Assembly: GCA_964036045.1 (NCBI GenBank)
Contig: OZ038378.1
Coordinates: 2,480,001-2,544,000 of the forward strand
From: Eutreptiella sp. 'Long Island Sound 2002'
Taxonomy: Eukaryota > Protista > Euglenida
DNA length: 64,000 nt
Direction: 5' to 3'
The notes beneath the pieces are model-generated. The model saw only the letters and a list, made by a program, of their open reading frames with translations, made no database searches and had not been told where the DNA came from. The position numbers and the translations under genes were made by a program. The stretch's first letter is position 1; each line of letters begins with the position of its first letter. This document shows, piece after piece, positions 62,970 through 64,000 of this stretch.

Positions 62970-63385
62970 GCATGGGGAAAATTGGCTTGCGTGGGGGGGG
63001 GGCGTTGTTCGAGCCCCCCAAAGGAGGGGGGGGGTCTAGGAAAGGGGCTCTCGCGACAGGCCAGTCCCAAGAGGCTTGTCTAAAACCTCTGATGATGACT
63101 CACCAACTGTGCCGCGAAGTGGCCTGGAAGATTTTTTTTCAAAAAAGTTTCCCCTATGATACATACCTCAAAATGATCAGCGCATCGTGGGGATCATTTT
63201 GACTCATATATGTTGTGGTACCTCAGGACCCCCCCCCCCCCCCAAACCTCCCCTGTCAGCCTGTTGGGGGTCACCGTCAGCCCGCCGGGGGTCCCTGTCA
63301 CAGGAGCCCAGAAGGGGGGGGGTCCAAGAAAAGGGCTCAACCCCCCCCCCCCCCCCGCGAGCCAAGTTTCCCCCACCCCTGGGGC
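62970..63385. mobile_element. G/C-tract MITE-like element (copy 2, opposite orientation to copy 1)
   Basis: Its arms match the two ends of 35943-36630 in reversed order. Confidence 0.65.
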
Positions 63386-64000
63386 ATGCGGCCACCAATG
63401 ATTGGTTCACAGTCCAGCTTCATAATTGCCATACGCAAATTGCATGTTTGTAGCAAGCAGCGCATCGCAATGTGGGGGCAGCTATGGAAACTTGCATTTA
63501 GTCGCTAGTGTCATTTGGCAAACAACTGAAAATTCAGTTTGTCAAGGTGAATTCTTACTTATGTTCTTATTGTTGGTTGTCATTGTTTTTATGTGGTTCT
63601 GTGTAACTTCATTTGCTTACATGTGGGGTGCATGGCAGGGTGCATAACGGGGATCATGCCCCAGAATCGAACCCAGCATCTGGCTGTGATGAGTAGCTCG
63701 TTGGGGCCCTCGTCAACTGCCCCTTCGCCCTTTCTGCAGACTGTGCAACTCAAGTTGAGCTACACCCAAAGGTGGTGCCAATGCAGAAGGCGTGTGGGGG
63801 GTGACTTTGTGCATACTACTATCATGAACATATTGTATTATGATGCAGCCTTCTTATGTTATCAGAGGCAATTTCAAATCGGTATTTTCTTGCCTAGCTG
63901 TACGATAAGCTCATACAAATGCCCTCATGGGTAAACAGCCTACGGGCTGAATTTCAAACTGTTCTCTGTAATTTCCAGCTGGAGGGAAGCTGGCTTATTT

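Overview
Repeat-rich eukaryotic nuclear DNA, very probably from a euglenid, because a perfect 26-nt Euglena-type spliced leader (SL; ACTTTCTGAGTGTCTATTTTTTTTCG) sits at 11434-11459. Four host genes are supported: (1) a pyrophosphate-dependent PEP carboxykinase (minus, 38803-42380, including one 3.2-kb exon); (2) an intronless proline-rich protein with four C-terminal EF-hands (minus, 30617-32479); (3) a zinc-ribbon protein with an F-box-like C-terminal motif (minus, ~21704-22600); (4) a multi-exon coiled-coil protein (plus, six phase-consistent GT-AG exons, 47734-55003). The rest is mostly degenerate mobile DNA: a near full-length APE-RT-zinc finger-RNase H non-LTR element with a clean 560-bp internal inversion (281-6560), further LINE remnants, several MITE/TIR families, tRNA-derived palindromic elements, minisatellites and a ~760-bp (TG)n tract. 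The strongest lead is the genomic SL fused 14 nt upstream of a decayed ORF that weakly resembles LINE ORF1. It suggests reverse transcription and re-insertion of a trans-spliced RNA, possibly a LINE that is itself trans-spliced. All product calls come from recognising motifs by eye; no database searches were run.
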